A stretch of 64,000 nt of DNA from Raja brachyura (taxonomy: Eukaryota), in contig OY740788.1 of assembly GCA_963514005.1 (NCBI GenBank), forward strand, positions 88,598,001 through 88,662,000, in the 5' to 3' direction. Position 1 is the stretch's first letter, and each line of letters begins with the position of its first letter. The position numbers and the translations under genes were made by a program. Positions 24,590-38,530 of the stretch are shown one piece after another. The notes beneath the pieces are model-generated. The model searched no databases. It was not told the DNA's origin and was given only the letters and a program-made list of their open reading frames with translations.

Positions 24590-25720
24590 ATCAAATCAAA
24601 TAAAATACGTTTATTTGTCATTGCACATCAATTGTACAACGAAACTTCATGTGCATCCCCTTCAATGGTAAACAATAAAAGACACAGGATAAAAAGATTT
24701 AAAAAAGAAGAAAACACAATAACATAAACAACCATTTACTCTCACATTTACATTTACTACAAGATCAATGCATAAAATAAGTAATAGATAATAAAAAATG
24801 CACATTATATTGCACATTCTAGCAGACAAATTTTTATTTGCACCCCGAATTGTGTAGTGTTGCCCGTAGTGTTATCTGTTTGAGTTAAGTTCTCTAATGG
24901 CACGTGGGCAGAAACTGTTAGTTAGTCTGCAAGTGCGGGCCTTCAAAGACCCGTATCGCCTCCCAGAGGGCAGCAGAGTGAAAAGGTGGTTGGCAGGGTG
25001 GAATGAGTCCTGTGTGATGTTTCTCGCCCGGCGTAAACATCGGGCCTTGTAAATGTCTTCCAGGGAGGGTAGTTGAGTGTTTATGATGCTCTGCGCTGTT
25101 TTAATAACCCTCTGTAGTGCCTTCCTTCCTTCCAGCCACAGTGCAGCTAGCAAACCACACCAGGATACCATAGGAGAGGATGCTTTCCACGGCGCACCGG
25201 TAGAAGGACAGCAGCAGCTGCTGTGAGACGTTTGCTCTCCGCAGAGTCCTCAGGAAATATAGCAGCTGCTGTGACTTCTTTATGAGAGTGATGGTGTTCA
25301 CTGTCCATGTGAGGTCCTGGGAGATGTATGTGCCCAGGAACTTAAAGTCAGTGACTCTCTCCACCATATCTCCTTTGATATAAAGAGGAGCAGGTTCTTC
25401 TCTCCTCCTCCTCCTGAAGTCAATAACCAGTTCTTTTGTTTTGGTTGGGTTGAGTGCCAGGTTATTGTTAGTGCACCAGACAGTCAGTTTTTGGACTTCA
25501 TCTCTGTAGGCAGACTCGTCGTTGTTATTTATCAGCCCCACCACAGTCGTGTCATCTGCAAACTTAATGATCCGGTTTGTGATGTGTGTCGATGTGCAGT
25601 CATGAGTGTAGATTGTGTAGAGAATAGGACTCAGCACACAGCCTTGTGGTGCCCCTGTGCTGAGCGTCAGGACTGGGGAGTGATTGGACCCCATCCTGAC
25701 AGTCTGTGGGCGGTCTGTTA
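24590..25720 (-). mobile_element. Rex1/Babar-type LINE 3' part
   Basis: ORFs 25101-25766 ([15 protein letters not shown]) and 24872-25171 are frameshifted; the tail appears as AAATCAAATCAAA. Confidence 0.88.
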
Positions 25721-26892
25721 AGTTAAGTTTATTCCTTAACTCCTTAGCTTCCTTGACTTCCTCCACAGTAAGTACCGATGAGAAATATTAAATAAGGACC
25801 TCACACACCGCTTAAGAATCCAAGCATAGAATGCGACATTGCTCCTTAAATGGACATATTCTCTCCCTCTTTACTCTTTTGCTCTCCATTTACGGTACTT
25901 ACAGAATCTCTTAGGATTCTCCTTTACTTACCTGCCAAAGCTATCTCATGTCCTCTTCTTGAACTCTAAATTCCCCTCTTGTGTACTAGAGTCCTTAAAC
26001 TCATCAAGGGATTTGTTTAATCCCAAACTAACCACATTTCCTGCACATTGTAGATGTCCCTCTATCCCCTGCCTGTTGATGTGTCTTTCTGAATTCCTCT
26101 GTAACATGCTCTCATATCTACTTTCACCACTTACCTCAGCAGTACCACGCCGTGTAAAATAATGACCTTGTAAATCTCATTTAAACTTTCGCCCTCTCAC
26201 CCTTAAAGCTTTGTCCTCTAATATTTGACGTTTTCATTCTTGAAAAGCGCTGTCCATCTACTCTATCTATGCCTCTCATCATTTCATAAACTATCAGGTC
26301 ACCCCTCAGTCCCCAATGCCCCAGAGAAAACAAAACAGATGTCCAACCTCTCCTTATAGCTGATACACAGTCAGATCCAGGTGAACCTTTCCTGCTCCCT
26401 CACCAAAGCCTCCTCATCTGTCCTGTAATGGAGCAACCTGAAGTGCACACAATACTAAATGAGGTCTAACTGGTTTTACAAAGCTGCAACATGACTTGTC
26501 AACTTTCATACTCAACACTACGACCAATGAGGGCAAGTCGGTGTGGGTTTAGTATTGTCATGTGGGCTGAGATAGATGTAGTGAAAAGCTTTGTTTCCAG
26601 ACAAATCACACTTTCCATGAGATATACTCCAGACATACACACGTATAACAGGTAGTGTAAAGAGAAAAACACCAGAGCACAGAATATAATGTTACAGCAT
26701 GATAGCATTACAGTAGAGTCATACCGACCAACTTGCCCACGCCAACCAACATGCCCCGTCTAAACTAGTCCCACCTGCCTCTGTTTGACCTATATCCCTC
26801 TATACATCCTATCCATGTACCTGTCCAAATGTTTTTGAAACATTGTGATTATGCCTCAGCTACCTCCTCTGTCAGCTCCTTGCATACACCTA

Positions 26893-28508
26893 CAGTGGCT
26901 TGCAAAAGTATTCATACCCCTTGAACTTTTCTACATTTTGTCACGTTACAACCACAAACGTAAATGTATTTTATTGGGATTTTATGTGATAGACCAACAC
27001 AAAGTGGTACATAATTGTGAAGTAGAAGGAAAATGATACATTGTTTTCAAATTTTTTTTACAAATAACAAACTGAAAAGTGTAGGGTGCAAAAGTATTCA
27101 GCCCCCTTTACTCTGATACCCCTAAATAAAATCCAGTGCAAACAATTGCCTTCAGAAGTTACCTAATTAGTAAATAGAGTCCACTTGTGTGTAATCTAAT
27201 CTCAGTATAAATACAGCTGCTCTGTGAAGGCCTCAGAGGTTTGTTAGAGAACATTAGTGAACAAACAGCATCATGAAGCCCAAGGAACACACCAGACAGG
27301 TCAGGGATCAAGTTGTGGAGAAGTTTAAAGCAGGGTTAGGTTGTAAAAAAATATCCCAGGCTTTGAACATCTCACGGAGCACTGTTCAATCCATCATCCG
27401 AAAATGGAAAGAGTATGGCACAACTGCAAACCTACCAAGACATGGCCGTCCACCTAAACTGACAGGCGGGCAAGGAGAGCATTGATCAGAGAAGCAGCCA
27501 AGAGGCCCATGGTAACTCTGGAGGAGCTGCAGAGATCCACAGCTTAGGTGGGAGAATATGTCCACAGGACAACTATTAGTCGTGCACTCCACAAATCGGG
27601 CCTTTATGGAAGAGTGGCAAGAAGAAAGCCATTGTTGAAACAAAGCCATAAGAAATCCCGTTTGCAGTCTGCCACAAGCCATGTGGAGAACACAGCAAAC
27701 ATGTGGAGGAAGGTGCTCTGGTCTGATGAGACCAAAATTGAAGTTTTTGGCCTAAATGCAAAACGCTATGTGTGGCGGAAAACTAACACTGCACATCACC
27801 CTGAACACACCATCCCCACTGTGAAACATGGTGGTGGCAGCATCATGCTGTGGGGATGCTTTTCTTCAGCAGGGACAGGGAAGCTGGTCAGAGCTGGTGG
27901 GAAGATGGATGGAGCCAAATACAGGGCAATCTGGGAAGAAAACCTGTTAGAGTCTGCAAAAGACTTGAGACTGGGGCGGAGGTTCACCTTCCAGCAGGAC
28001 AACGGCCCTAAACACACAGCCAGAGCTACAATGGAATGGTTTAGATCAAAGCTTATTCATGTGTTAGAATGGCCCAGTCAAAGTCCAGACCTAAATCCAA
28101 TTGAGAATCTCTGGCAAGACTTGAAAATTGCTGTTCACAGACGCTCTCCATCCAATCTGACTGAGCGTGGGCTATTTTGCAAAGAAGAATGGGCAAAAAT
28201 TTCAGTCTCTAGATGTGCAAAGCTGGTAGAGACATACCTCAAAAGACTTTCAGCTGTAATTGCAGCGAAAGGTGGTTCTACAAAGTATTGACTCCGGGGA
28301 CTGAATACTTTTGCACGCCACACTTTTCAGTTTTTTATTTGTAATAAAATTTGGAAACCACGTATCATTTTCCTTCCACTTCACAATTATGCGCCACTTT
28401 GTGTTGGTCTATCACATAAAATCCCAATAAAATACATTTACGTTTGTGGTTGTAACGTGACAAAGTGTGGAAAATTTCAAGGGGTTTGAATACTTTTGCA
28501 AGCCACTG
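26893..28508 (+). mobile_element. Full-length Tc1/mariner transposon (DD34E, IR/DR-type long TIRs)
   Basis: TA target on both sides; ~210-bp TIRs, each with TGCAAAAGTATTCA-like direct repeats at both ends. Confidence 0.95.
27273..28291 (+). pseudogene. Tc1 transposase, disrupted
   Basis: MKPKEHTRQ...GRPPKLT, WSDETK, FQQDNGPKH, SPDLNPIENLW, KGGSTKY. One frameshift near 27465 and an in-frame TAG at 27545. Confidence 0.93.
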
Positions 28509-28610
28509 TACCACCCTTTGTGTAAAACATTACCCCACAGGTCCCTGTTAAATCTTTCCCACCTCACCTTAAATCTATGTCCTCTGGTTCTTGAAGTTAC
28601 AGAGAAAAAG

Positions 28611-29637
28611 TCATAGAAACATAGAAAATAGGTGCAGGAGGAGGCCATTCAGCCCTTCGACCCAGCACCGCCATTCATTACGATCATGGCTGATCGTCCC
28701 CAATCAATAACCCGTGCCTGCCTTCTGCCCATATCCTTTGATTCCACTAGCCCCTAGAGCTCTATCTAACTCTCTCTTAAATCCATCCAGTGATTTGGCC
28801 TCCACAGCCTCTGTGGCAGGGAATTCCATAAATTCACAACACTCTGGGTAAAAAAGTTTTTTCTCAGCTCAGTCTTAAATGGCCTCCCCTTTATTCTAAG
28901 ACTGTGGCTCCTGGTTCTGGACTCACCCAACATTGAAAACATCTTCCCTGCATCTAGCTTGTCCAGTCCTTTAATAATTGTATATGTTTCTTTAAGATCC
29001 CCCTCATCCTTCTGAACTCCAGTGAATACAAGCCAGTCTTTTCAATCTTTCCTCATATGACAGTCCCGCCATCCCAGGAATCAATCTTGTGAACCTACGC
29101 TGCACTGCCTCAATCACAAGGATGCCCATCCTCAAATTAGGAGACCCAAACTGTACGCAATACTCCAGATGTGGTCTTACCAGAGGTGCTAATATTCCAT
29201 TAGCTTTCTTCACTGCCTGCTGTACCTGCACGCCAACTTTCAGTGACCGGTGTACAAGACACCCAGGTCTCGCTGTACCTCCCCCTTACCTAAACTAACC
29301 ACTTTGAGATAATAATCTGCCCCCCTTGTTTTTGCCACCAAAGTGGATAACCTCACATTTATCTATATTATACTGCATCTGCCACACATCTGCCCACTCA
29401 CTCACCCTGTCCAAGTCACCCTGCAACCTCCTAACATCCTCTTCACAGTTCACACTGCCACCCAGCTTTGTGTCATCCGCAAACTTGCTAGTGTTGCTCC
29501 TAATTCCCTCTTCCAAATCATTAATATATATGGTAAACAGTTGCGGACCCAACACTGAGCCTTGCAGCACTCCACTCGCCACTGCCTGCCATTCTGAAAA
29601 GGACCCGTTCACTCCTACTCTTTGCTTCCTGTCTGCC
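28611..29637 (-). mobile_element. CR1 LINE 3' fragment
   Basis: ORFs 29295-29690 (FADD) and 29004-29231; tail CATAGAAACATAGAA. Confidence 0.9.
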
Positions 29638-32600
29638 GATGAGCGATTACGTGAAGAACCCTGCCAGTCCGCATGCGCGTCAATCTTCAAAGCAACAGTG
29701 TGAAATCACAGATAACTTGGGAGTTATCACAGGCTTGGGAGTGGTGGGCACGTAATCGTAACTCCTCATAAAATAAAGATCAAACTTCAAACTGGTAAGT
29801 CCTCATTTAATCTTACTTTTTTTACTTCAGAGTCACGTGAGTCATTCCGTGAAGCTTTCAAAGCTCTGTGATTTCATGCTGTGAAAAACGAGTCTACACA
29901 ACCACAACTGCTTCATTGACAGATGAGGGAAACATTCAAAATGAATAAATAATCATAATAGTAACCCCTCTCATCCGGGAGGGACTATACAACTGAACCT
30001 AAAGTAGAGTTGGCAAAAACCCTTGGTCTGACAGTGGGTTATTATAAAGTGTTTGGAAGGTTCGTTCGTTTGACCGTCCTGCAGCTGCTAGGATGTGGAC
30101 CAGCGGAACGTAAAGAACCCTTGTTGCTACAACTGATGTTGTAGCAGACCTGGTGGAGTGATTTAATTCGTATCTACTCCCATATAAACCAAACCCCATC
30201 TCACCGCCTGGGGATGGTCTGAACTGACACCTTCTTATAAAGCTTTTTGTAACTAACAACATTGCTAGTTCAGAGCCTCTAGTCTCTTGGTGACCTTGAC
30301 ATATTGTTGTAAATGTGTGATCTCACATAACCGAAGGTCCCTGAATATGTCATGAAACTAGTTTGGGACCTGCCTCCCCTTCTGCTCTGCTTAACTAAAA
30401 TATAAAATATAATATTATTTGCAGATGTAACCATCCTGTCCAGTCACAATTATGTAGTGACTGAACCCGTTGTGCTGAGACCAGCACCATGAGGGGAACC
30501 ACCTTATGAGATAGCCAAAGTTAGGATGTAGCTGGAGCCCCCGGTGAAGTAGTGTTAGCATAATGTCAGTATCCCATATTGCCCTGTACTTGTCCTGGGA
30601 GAACTTTGAGGATCCTTTACAAACTCGATATCTGGGGTGACCCCGAGTGGATCGAATTCGCTGCAGCAAATATGATGGGAAGGCACATTAAGCACAGTTA
30701 ATGGCCCTATAACTCAATTATTGTCAAAGACCTATTGGAAAATGAACTTCAAGTCGTTAGTATCTGTACCGTATTAAATGTAACATAGCATTAAACAAAG
30801 CTCTTCCCATCTCCTGGAGAAGAACTGTACTGCTTTTTTGGGATGCTATACCTGCCCTCTGCAGTGAGCACATACATGGGTCGGTGTGACAACCCGAGCC
30901 GTAGGAGCAGTCTACTCAGAATCTACAAAATAATAAATTGATTTTATCATGCAGAGGTTGGTTTTCCGAGCCACAGGCTGACCAGCAAAGCTTTACATTT
31001 AGAATAGCCATATAAGGTAGTATTAATATTCCTGACAAACAGGAATCAATGCTGCATAGTCCAGTCAGCCAGTACGAAAGCCTAAGCGGAATCTTGATTA
31101 CTTTATTTCAAGATCCGACTGATGGGCAAAATGGAGGAAGACATAACGAACATTCCTCCTTCTTGTAGCGATAATGTATCTCTCGCCACTGTTATGTTAC
31201 ATATTTTTGCAACCGGTGAATAAGCATGAAACATCACATCAAAATTCGGTGTTCTATCGAACCATAATTTCATAAATACTTTGTGATCCAACACTCATTC
31301 TGTGTCAAAGTCAAAGTCAAGTCAAAAGAGTTTATTGTCATGTGTCCCTGACAGGACAATGACATTCTTTCTTTGCTGAGCACAACAGAACATAGTAGGC
31401 ATTGACTACAAAATAGATCAGTGTGACCATATACCATTATATACGGAAATACACACATGAATGAATAAATTGATAAAGATGTTCAGAGTTTTGTCCGAGC
31501 CAATTTAATAGCCTGATGGCTGTGGGGAAGTAACTATTCCTGAACCTGGCCGTTGCAGTCCTCAGGCTCCTGTACCTTCTACCCGAAGGTAGCAGGGAGA
31601 TGAGTGTGTGGCCAGGATGGTGTGGGTCCTTGATGATGCTGCCCGCCTTTTTGAGGCAGCGACTGTGATAGATCCCCTCGATGGAAGAAAGGTCAGAGCT
31701 GATGATGGACTGGGTAGTGTTTACTACTTTTTGTAGTCTTTTCCTCTCCAGGGCGCTCAAGTTGCCAAACCAAGCCACGATACAACCGGTCAGCAAGCTC
31801 TCTACTGTGCACCTGTAGAAGTTAGAGAGAGTCCTCCTTGACAGACCGGCTCTCCGTAATCTTCTCAGGAGTAGAGGCGCTGATGAGCTTTCTTAATAAT
31901 TGCATCTGTATTCTTGGACCAGGAAAGATCTTCAGAGATGTGCACGCCCAGAAATTTGAAGCTCTTGACCCTTTCAACCATCGACCCGTTGATATAAACA
32001 GGACTGTGGGTCCCCATCCTACTCCTTCCAATGTCCACAATCAGTTCCTTGGTTTTGCTGGTGTTGAGGGCCAGGTTATTGTGCAAGCACCATATGGACA
32101 GTCGCTCGATCTCTCTTGTATACTCTGACTCATCCCCATTAGTGATACATCCCACAACAGTGGTGTCGCAGTGAACTTGATGATGTAGTTCGCACTATGA
32201 CCGGCTACGCAGTCATGAGTATAGAGTGAGTACAGCAGGGGGCTGAGCACGCAGCCATGAGGCACTCCCGTGCTGATTGTTATCGAGTCTGACACATTTC
32301 CACCAATATGAACAGAATGTGGTCTGTGAATGAGGAAGTTGAGGATCCAATTGCAGAGGGATGCGCAGAGACCCAGTTCTGCGAGTTTGGTAACCAGCTT
32401 GGAGGGGATGATTGTGTTATGTTATTGTTATAGTTGTTATAGTTGTCATTGATCTGTACTTGATGATACACCAGTGGCAAAGGAGATTATGTAAATTATT
32501 ACATGATGCTTTTATTTGATTGCACCCATGTGACTAACATATGCCACCACCATTGTGTATCAACTTGAAGTTGAGCATGCGGATTATGCATATTTGCTCT

Positions 32601-35253
32601 TTACCCATATAATGCACTTAGGGTCTATAGATAGTTGATAGCAATAACTGAAGAATTGGCAACTGATATAAATCTCCTCCACCTCCAAACTAGAGATGAC
32701 ATTCGCAATTTTCCACCTTAGAGCACTTAGCATCAGTTGTAATATACCTGAGTTTTTACTGACCAAACTAGTGGAGCAATGCTGAATAGTGTTCGTCCAT
32801 CATTATGACTTTATTAGCTGCAGCTGGTAATAGCATAGGTCTGTTAACAATGACCTAGACGACACTTGAGAGCTTGCTACTTTCACAGCTGAACACAGCT
32901 ACTATATTGCCAATTACTCTTGATGAATAGAAGGTTGCTTATAACAACAAGGTTGTTACAGGTTCCTATTAACTCCAATCTCTTACCCCAGGGCGGAGTC
33001 ATAGGCTAATTAATAGTTTAAGGTAAATCCCAATGACCAACAAGTCTATTGATAACTACTTAATTTTAACTAGATGGATGAGGGATCCAATTTCTCAAAT
33101 ATAGTTTGAGGCTGAACAATTAATTTTTGCAAAATAGAGCGTTAGAATATCATCCAGACTAGACATAAGAAGTTTGAACTCTGAGTAGCCGAAGCACCGG
33201 TTTTAGTAATTTGGTAAATACCTGGGTAAATAATTTAGCCCATCTTGCAATGTTTTACCGTTATTACTATTGTTATCATTGCCTCATCATTAGCAAATTA
33301 TCATTACTGTTATCATTGCCTCCTCCTGATAATTTCAAATGTCTCCGGTGATCCCTGTAAACAGGAACTGAATAGAATGTATCTTTCAGATCCTTATGAA
33401 AAACAGTTGTTAGTCAGTAACTAAGTTTCCTATTCGGAAAGTTTATACTGCACATATACATTACACAACCTTCTCCATCTTCACAATGAACGGTCACATC
33501 CGCCATCATTCCGTGCCTGCCTGGAAACGACAACTCTGGCCCGATTTCCAAGCGTGTCTTGGAAGACAATCCTGGCCATAATAATGAGCCTACCTCATAA
33601 TTCCGAACCTGCCTCTAAAGGCAATCCGGCCATGATTCTAAGCCTGCTGTGAAAGACAACTCTGGCCATATTTCGATCCTGTCTTGAAGCGATCTTGGCC
33701 ATAATACTGAGCCTGCCTTAAAAGACAATACTGGCCCTAATTCCAAACCTGCTTGGAATGTTAGTATTGTGCAGTGTTACATGGTTAGGTGACAATGCCT
33801 TAACCATACGTGTGTTGTACAAACAAGTGTAAAATTACCAACTTGTAAGTGGTCCACTTACCCCATGTTTCGGAAGTGCCAGACCCACGTACCTGCCTGG
33901 TTATAGAGTAGGACTGGTAGGGTGCGTGGAACCTCCGTCCAGTTTTCACGCTGCCATAGCTTCAGTGAACCGCTCACTGCCAATGGAGGCGTGGGGTGTG
34001 TCGTCGCCGAACCGATGAAGCTTTGCTCGTCGTTGGTACCTTGATTGGTCCGACAGCTTTTGCTTCCTCCTCCAGGTTTTACCTGTTGAATAGGTCTACC
34101 CTGAATAGAAGATTCGGTGGCTAGAGCTCTGTTCACTGCCGGCACTTGTAGCATGAGGGGAACTCTGACCCCTACCAGGTATTCAGCCAACGGCTGGTAA
34201 CCAACTCTTCTGGCAGCAACACCTTCATCTGCGAAGATTGCCTTGAAGCCATATGCATGTGCTCCTGTATGCTCCACAGACATTAGCACTCCACTCCATA
34301 AAGGGAGAGATTCGTAGGCAGCCCTGAAAAGCGCTGGCTCAGGCCCCTGAGGTTACCTGCGCTGTTATGGCCCCTCCAACAGACCTATACCAGGATGGAA
34401 CATATTCGGCGGTAGAATAATTCTGCCCCGCATGCTCTCCTCCTCCAAGAGGGAGACATTAAGCAGCCCTGTATAGGCGCTGCTGGCACGGGCTCTCCCA
34501 TAGGCCAGCGCTGACACTACTCCTCCTGTTAGAGTGTGTCTTGGTGGAACATCCTCTCCATTAGGAGCTCCATCCTGGACAACCATCCAATTAAGCAGCC
34601 CTGAATAGACGCTGCAGGCGCGGGCTCTCCCGTAGGCCGGCACTGACACTACTCCTCTTGTTGGAGTGTGTCTTGGTGGAACATCCTCATCATTAGGAGC
34701 TCCATGCAGTTTAGCCCAAAATGTTAATCATCACCGGAGGGGAACCCCCCCGGCCCGACTCGTCCCGAGTCCATAGGCCTAACCACTTTATGGTTGGTTA
34801 TACCCCGTGTCCTGGGGACCACAGCGGTCTGGAAGCTGCTGACTGCACTGTCAGTGACTCTGGTGGTGATACTGCCTTCCTCCAGGATTTACCCCTCCAC
34901 GGGAACCACAGCAGTCTAGAAGCTGCTGACCGTACTGTCAGCGACTGGAGTCGCGAACCCGACGGCCGCCGGCTCCCGTGGTTCTGACCGGAGTGTCCCC
35001 GCAGCCCAAGTCAGTTTCCCTGCAGCTCGCCGGACTTCGCGACAATATCCAGCAGGAAACCTCTATAAGGAGAGCTTCCTGCAAAGGAAAACAGAACATG
35101 GTAAGAAATACAAAACTTACCTGTTTAAACTTACCGCTGGCAGGACCGTTGTGCCTGCCAGTCAGTCGCTGAGCCATTGCAAAAAGGTGTAATGACGCGC
35201 ATGCAGACTGGCGGAGTTCTTCACGGAATCACTCACGTGACTCTGAAGTAAAA
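29638..35253 (-). mobile_element. Degenerate DIRS tyrosine-recombinase retrotransposon (copy 1)
   Basis: Termini and ICR are homologous to those of 44329-49235. YR remnant HSTRSATT...ILAAAG in ORF 29999-30262. The left terminus is truncated, and short internal tandem repeats occur at ~33500-33760 and ~34460-34950. Confidence 0.8.
31304..32415 (-). mobile_element. Rex1/Babar-type LINE fragment inserted in DIRS copy 1
   Basis: [31 protein letters not shown] and NSYFP; tail GTCAAAGTCAAAGTCAAG. Confidence 0.88.
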
Positions 35254-35264
35254 CAAGGTTTATC

Positions 35265-35413
35265 CATTGACATTCAATGTTTGTACTTCTGTGCAGTTGC
35301 CTTTACCAAGAGGATTGTTGGTCATTTCAGTGCTGAGTGGAAGAATGGAGCTCAGATGAGAAAAAAAATGAGTACAAATTGGGAATGAATGTGCAGAATA
35401 GTCATAAATATCC
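35265..35413 (+). repeat. Diverged direct copy of the intronic sequence just upstream of V exon 1 (49475-49621)
   Basis: TTGACATTCAATGTTTGTACTT...TTTACCAA...GTCATTTCAGTGC...GCTCAG...ACAAATTG...ATGTGCAGAA...CATAAATATCC is colinear in both places. Confidence 0.8.
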
Positions 35414-36267
35414 ATGAGTTTATGAACCAGGGGCCACCGTTTAAGCATAAGGGGTAAGCCATTTAGAACGGAGATGAGGAAACACTTTTTCTCACAGAGA
35501 GTTGTGAGTCTGTGGAATTCTCTGCCTTAGAGGTCGGTGGAGGCCGGTTCTCTGGATACTTTCAAGAGAGAGCTAGATAGGGCTCTAAAAGATAGCAGAG
35601 TTAGGGGAATCGGAAAGAGGGCAGGAACCTGGGTACTGATTGGGGATGATCAGCCATGATCACATTGAATGGCGGTGCTGGCTCGATGGGCTGAATGGCC
35701 TACTCCTGCACATATTGTCTATTGTCAATTGCCTTTTTGAGGCAGTGATTCCTGTAAAGTCCTTTGATGGTGGGGAGGTCAGAACCCATGATGGACTGGG
35801 CAGTGTTCACCAGTTTTTTGCCACCTTCTTCACTCCTGGGTGTTTGAACCCTGATGCAACCAGTCAATATGCTCTCAACTGTATATCTGTAGAGGTTCAC
35901 GAGTTAAAATTGACTTGCAAGTTCCTTTTTCTAACTATTAAGCAATGAGGAACACTGTTATTTTGAAATATGTTTCAAAATATGTAAAAGGCAGGTCTCT
36001 TTCTTTAGGTAACTAGGGTGGTAGGAAAAGTTTAAACATTTTCTAAGTGTTGGGGAATTCAGCAGAAATAGTGGCAGAATATCCACCATTGTGCCCATCA
36101 ACCAGATTGTTTATTGGAGTGCAGGATAGATGTCAAGTCCAGAGTGTTTTATTGTCAGATGTCCCAGAGAGAACAACATTCTTTATTTCATCAGCACAAC
36201 AGAATATGTAAACATAGTATACTGTATACAACATAATAAACGAGAAAAAAGGTTCAGTGTGTGTCTA

Positions 36268-38003
36268 TCTATATTACTAAAAGTAAGATCTTGACCGCTT
36301 TTGACTCACTGCGATTTGATTTCCGAGAGAACGCCACCACTTACGGCCGTCATTTTTGGCCACCTCGCTCAGAGCCTCCCTCCGCCGGACTGGACCAGAG
36401 GATTTTTCCATCGATGAAAAATTAGAGAGATATGAATGTTTCTTTTTTAATTGCCATTCTCTCTGCTGCCCCTGCTGGTGGGCGGGGGGAGGAACTATAA
36501 AACCCGGAAGTGGTGTGCCTCACTCAGTCTCTGCAAGACGGAGGAAGCGAGAGGGTCATGACTCTCTGAGCTCTGAATAACACTCAACATATTTCTACTC
36601 AACTGTGAGTGCCCTTAATGTGGTTTGAAAATGAAAATATGGTTGGTTTGAAGTAAAAGGGCACTGCAAATGGTTGTTTGGGGGTTTGGGTTGAAGTAAA
36701 AAGGCACTGCTTGCAAATGGTTGCTTGGGGGTTTTGGGTTGAAGTGAAAAGGCACTGCTTGCAAATGGTTGTTTGTCTAAACTTGACAACTTCCTGTTTG
36801 CACTATATTGATTATAGATAAAACGCTACCACTTACGGCTGTGATTTTTGGCCATTTTACTCAGCCCTCCTCCGCTCATCAGGTGCAGAGGATTCTTCCC
36901 ATCAATGAAAAACAAAGTGTTATTAGTGTATAAAAAATGTTGAGAATCTCTCTCCTGTATATCATGCCATGAAGGCCACACCTTTTCAGGTGGGAGGGGG
37001 AGGGATTATAAAACCCGGAAGTGTGGGTGTGGCTCATTCTCTGCATGATGGTGGAGGGAGAGGTCACGACTGTCTGAGCTGTGAATCAACTGAACACACT
37101 AATGTCTACTGAACTGTGAGTGTGGTGTTTTGGGTGGTTTTATGGTGGCTTTTATGGTGGTTTCACCCTGCTTGAAATAGTATGAAACTGCATTTGAATG
37201 TGGTGGCCTTGCACCCTGCATGAAATGGCATGAAACTGCATTTGAATGTGGTGTCGTTGCACCTTGTATGAAATGGTATGAAACTGCATTTGAATTTGGT
37301 GGCCTTGCACCCTGCTTGAAGTGGTATGAAACTGCATGAATTTGGTGGCCTTGCACCCTGCTTGATGTGGTGGGAAACTGCACTTGAATTTGGTGGCCTT
37401 GCACCCTGCTTGAAGTGGTAGGAAACTGAACCTGAATTTGGTGGCCTTGCACCCTGCTTGAAGTGGTATGAAACTGCACTTGAATTTGGTGGCCTTGCAT
37501 CCTGCCTGAAGTGGTATGAAACTGCACTTGAATTTGGTGGCCTTGCACCCTGCCTGAAGTGGTATGAAACTGCACTTGAATTTGGTGGCCTTGCACCCTG
37601 CCTGAAGTGGTATGAAACTGCACTTGAATTTTGTGGCCTTGCACCCTGCTCGAAGAGGTAAGAAACGGCAGTTGAATTTGGTGGCCTTGCACCCTGCATG
37701 AAATGGAATTTCAAGGAATAGCCGTGAGCCAACTGCCAGCCCACCAGCCGTGAGCGAGCTGCCAGCACATCAGGCTTGAGGTACTGAGCTGACTGCCCAA
37801 AAATCCATTTGGCCCACAATGTCCATACTAGCCCTCTGGAGACCAGTAGTCCCTGCAGCCAACAACACCCATACAGGTGCTACAGAAAGGCCCCCCCCCC
37901 CCCCACTGGCCACCAATATTGGAATTGGTGGAGAGGCGAAATATTGTGTCGGGGGACCAGCCCCCGTGTGAACATGGGACCCAGCGGGTCCCACTTAGTC
38001 TAG
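36268..38003 (+). mobile_element. Non-autonomous Helitron
   Basis: Starts A|TCTATATTACTAAAAG; 3' hairpin TGGGACCC-AGC-GGGTCCCA (37975-37993) followed by CTAG|T; no TSD. A small related fragment lies at ~40920-40992 on the minus strand. Confidence 0.88.
37165..37705. repeat. 48-bp minisatellite inside the Helitron, about 11 copies
   Basis: Unit GAAGTGGTATGAAACTGCACTTGAATTTGGTGGCCTTGCACCCTGCYT; it explains the 16-aa periodic ORFs. Confidence 0.92.
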
Positions 38004-38530
38004 TACACATATTTATCTGAAGAAGTTATCTCGACCTGAAACATCGCATTGGACGAAGGGGCTCGACCTGAAAAATCACCCATTCCTTCGCTCCTGGGAT
38101 GCTGCCTGCCCCACTGAGTTACTCCAGCTTTGTGTGTATATAATGCCATGCAATGCGTTCGCTTATGTTCTCGGCTGGTTTCGACAAGATTCTATAAACA
38201 CTGGCCTTTTGGATCCTGCACTCTTTGCAGAGCACAATGAAGTCGGCTGACCAATTGACTGTACGGATTGCTACTCAATTGCCAACAGTTTGGGATGGGT
38301 GCATATTGCCCTTGTTTTTCCTTATTAATTAAATTAACAATTGATGGGTGCAAATTTGAGGTAGTTCCATAAACATACCATCTGCGGTGCAGTGTAAGAC
38401 CGCTCCCAGTTTACACAGACCCTGTCTTCCTAGTAACGGCAGTGGGGCCGTTCTAGAGATTATAAAAGTATCAGTACGGGACACTAAGGTGTGTAGACAT
38501 TTTTGCAGAGAGTAGTGAATTTCTGAAATT

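Noticed and set aside
37099-37819. Repetitive-protein ORFs
   Set aside because: Translation of a 48-bp minisatellite inside a Helitron.
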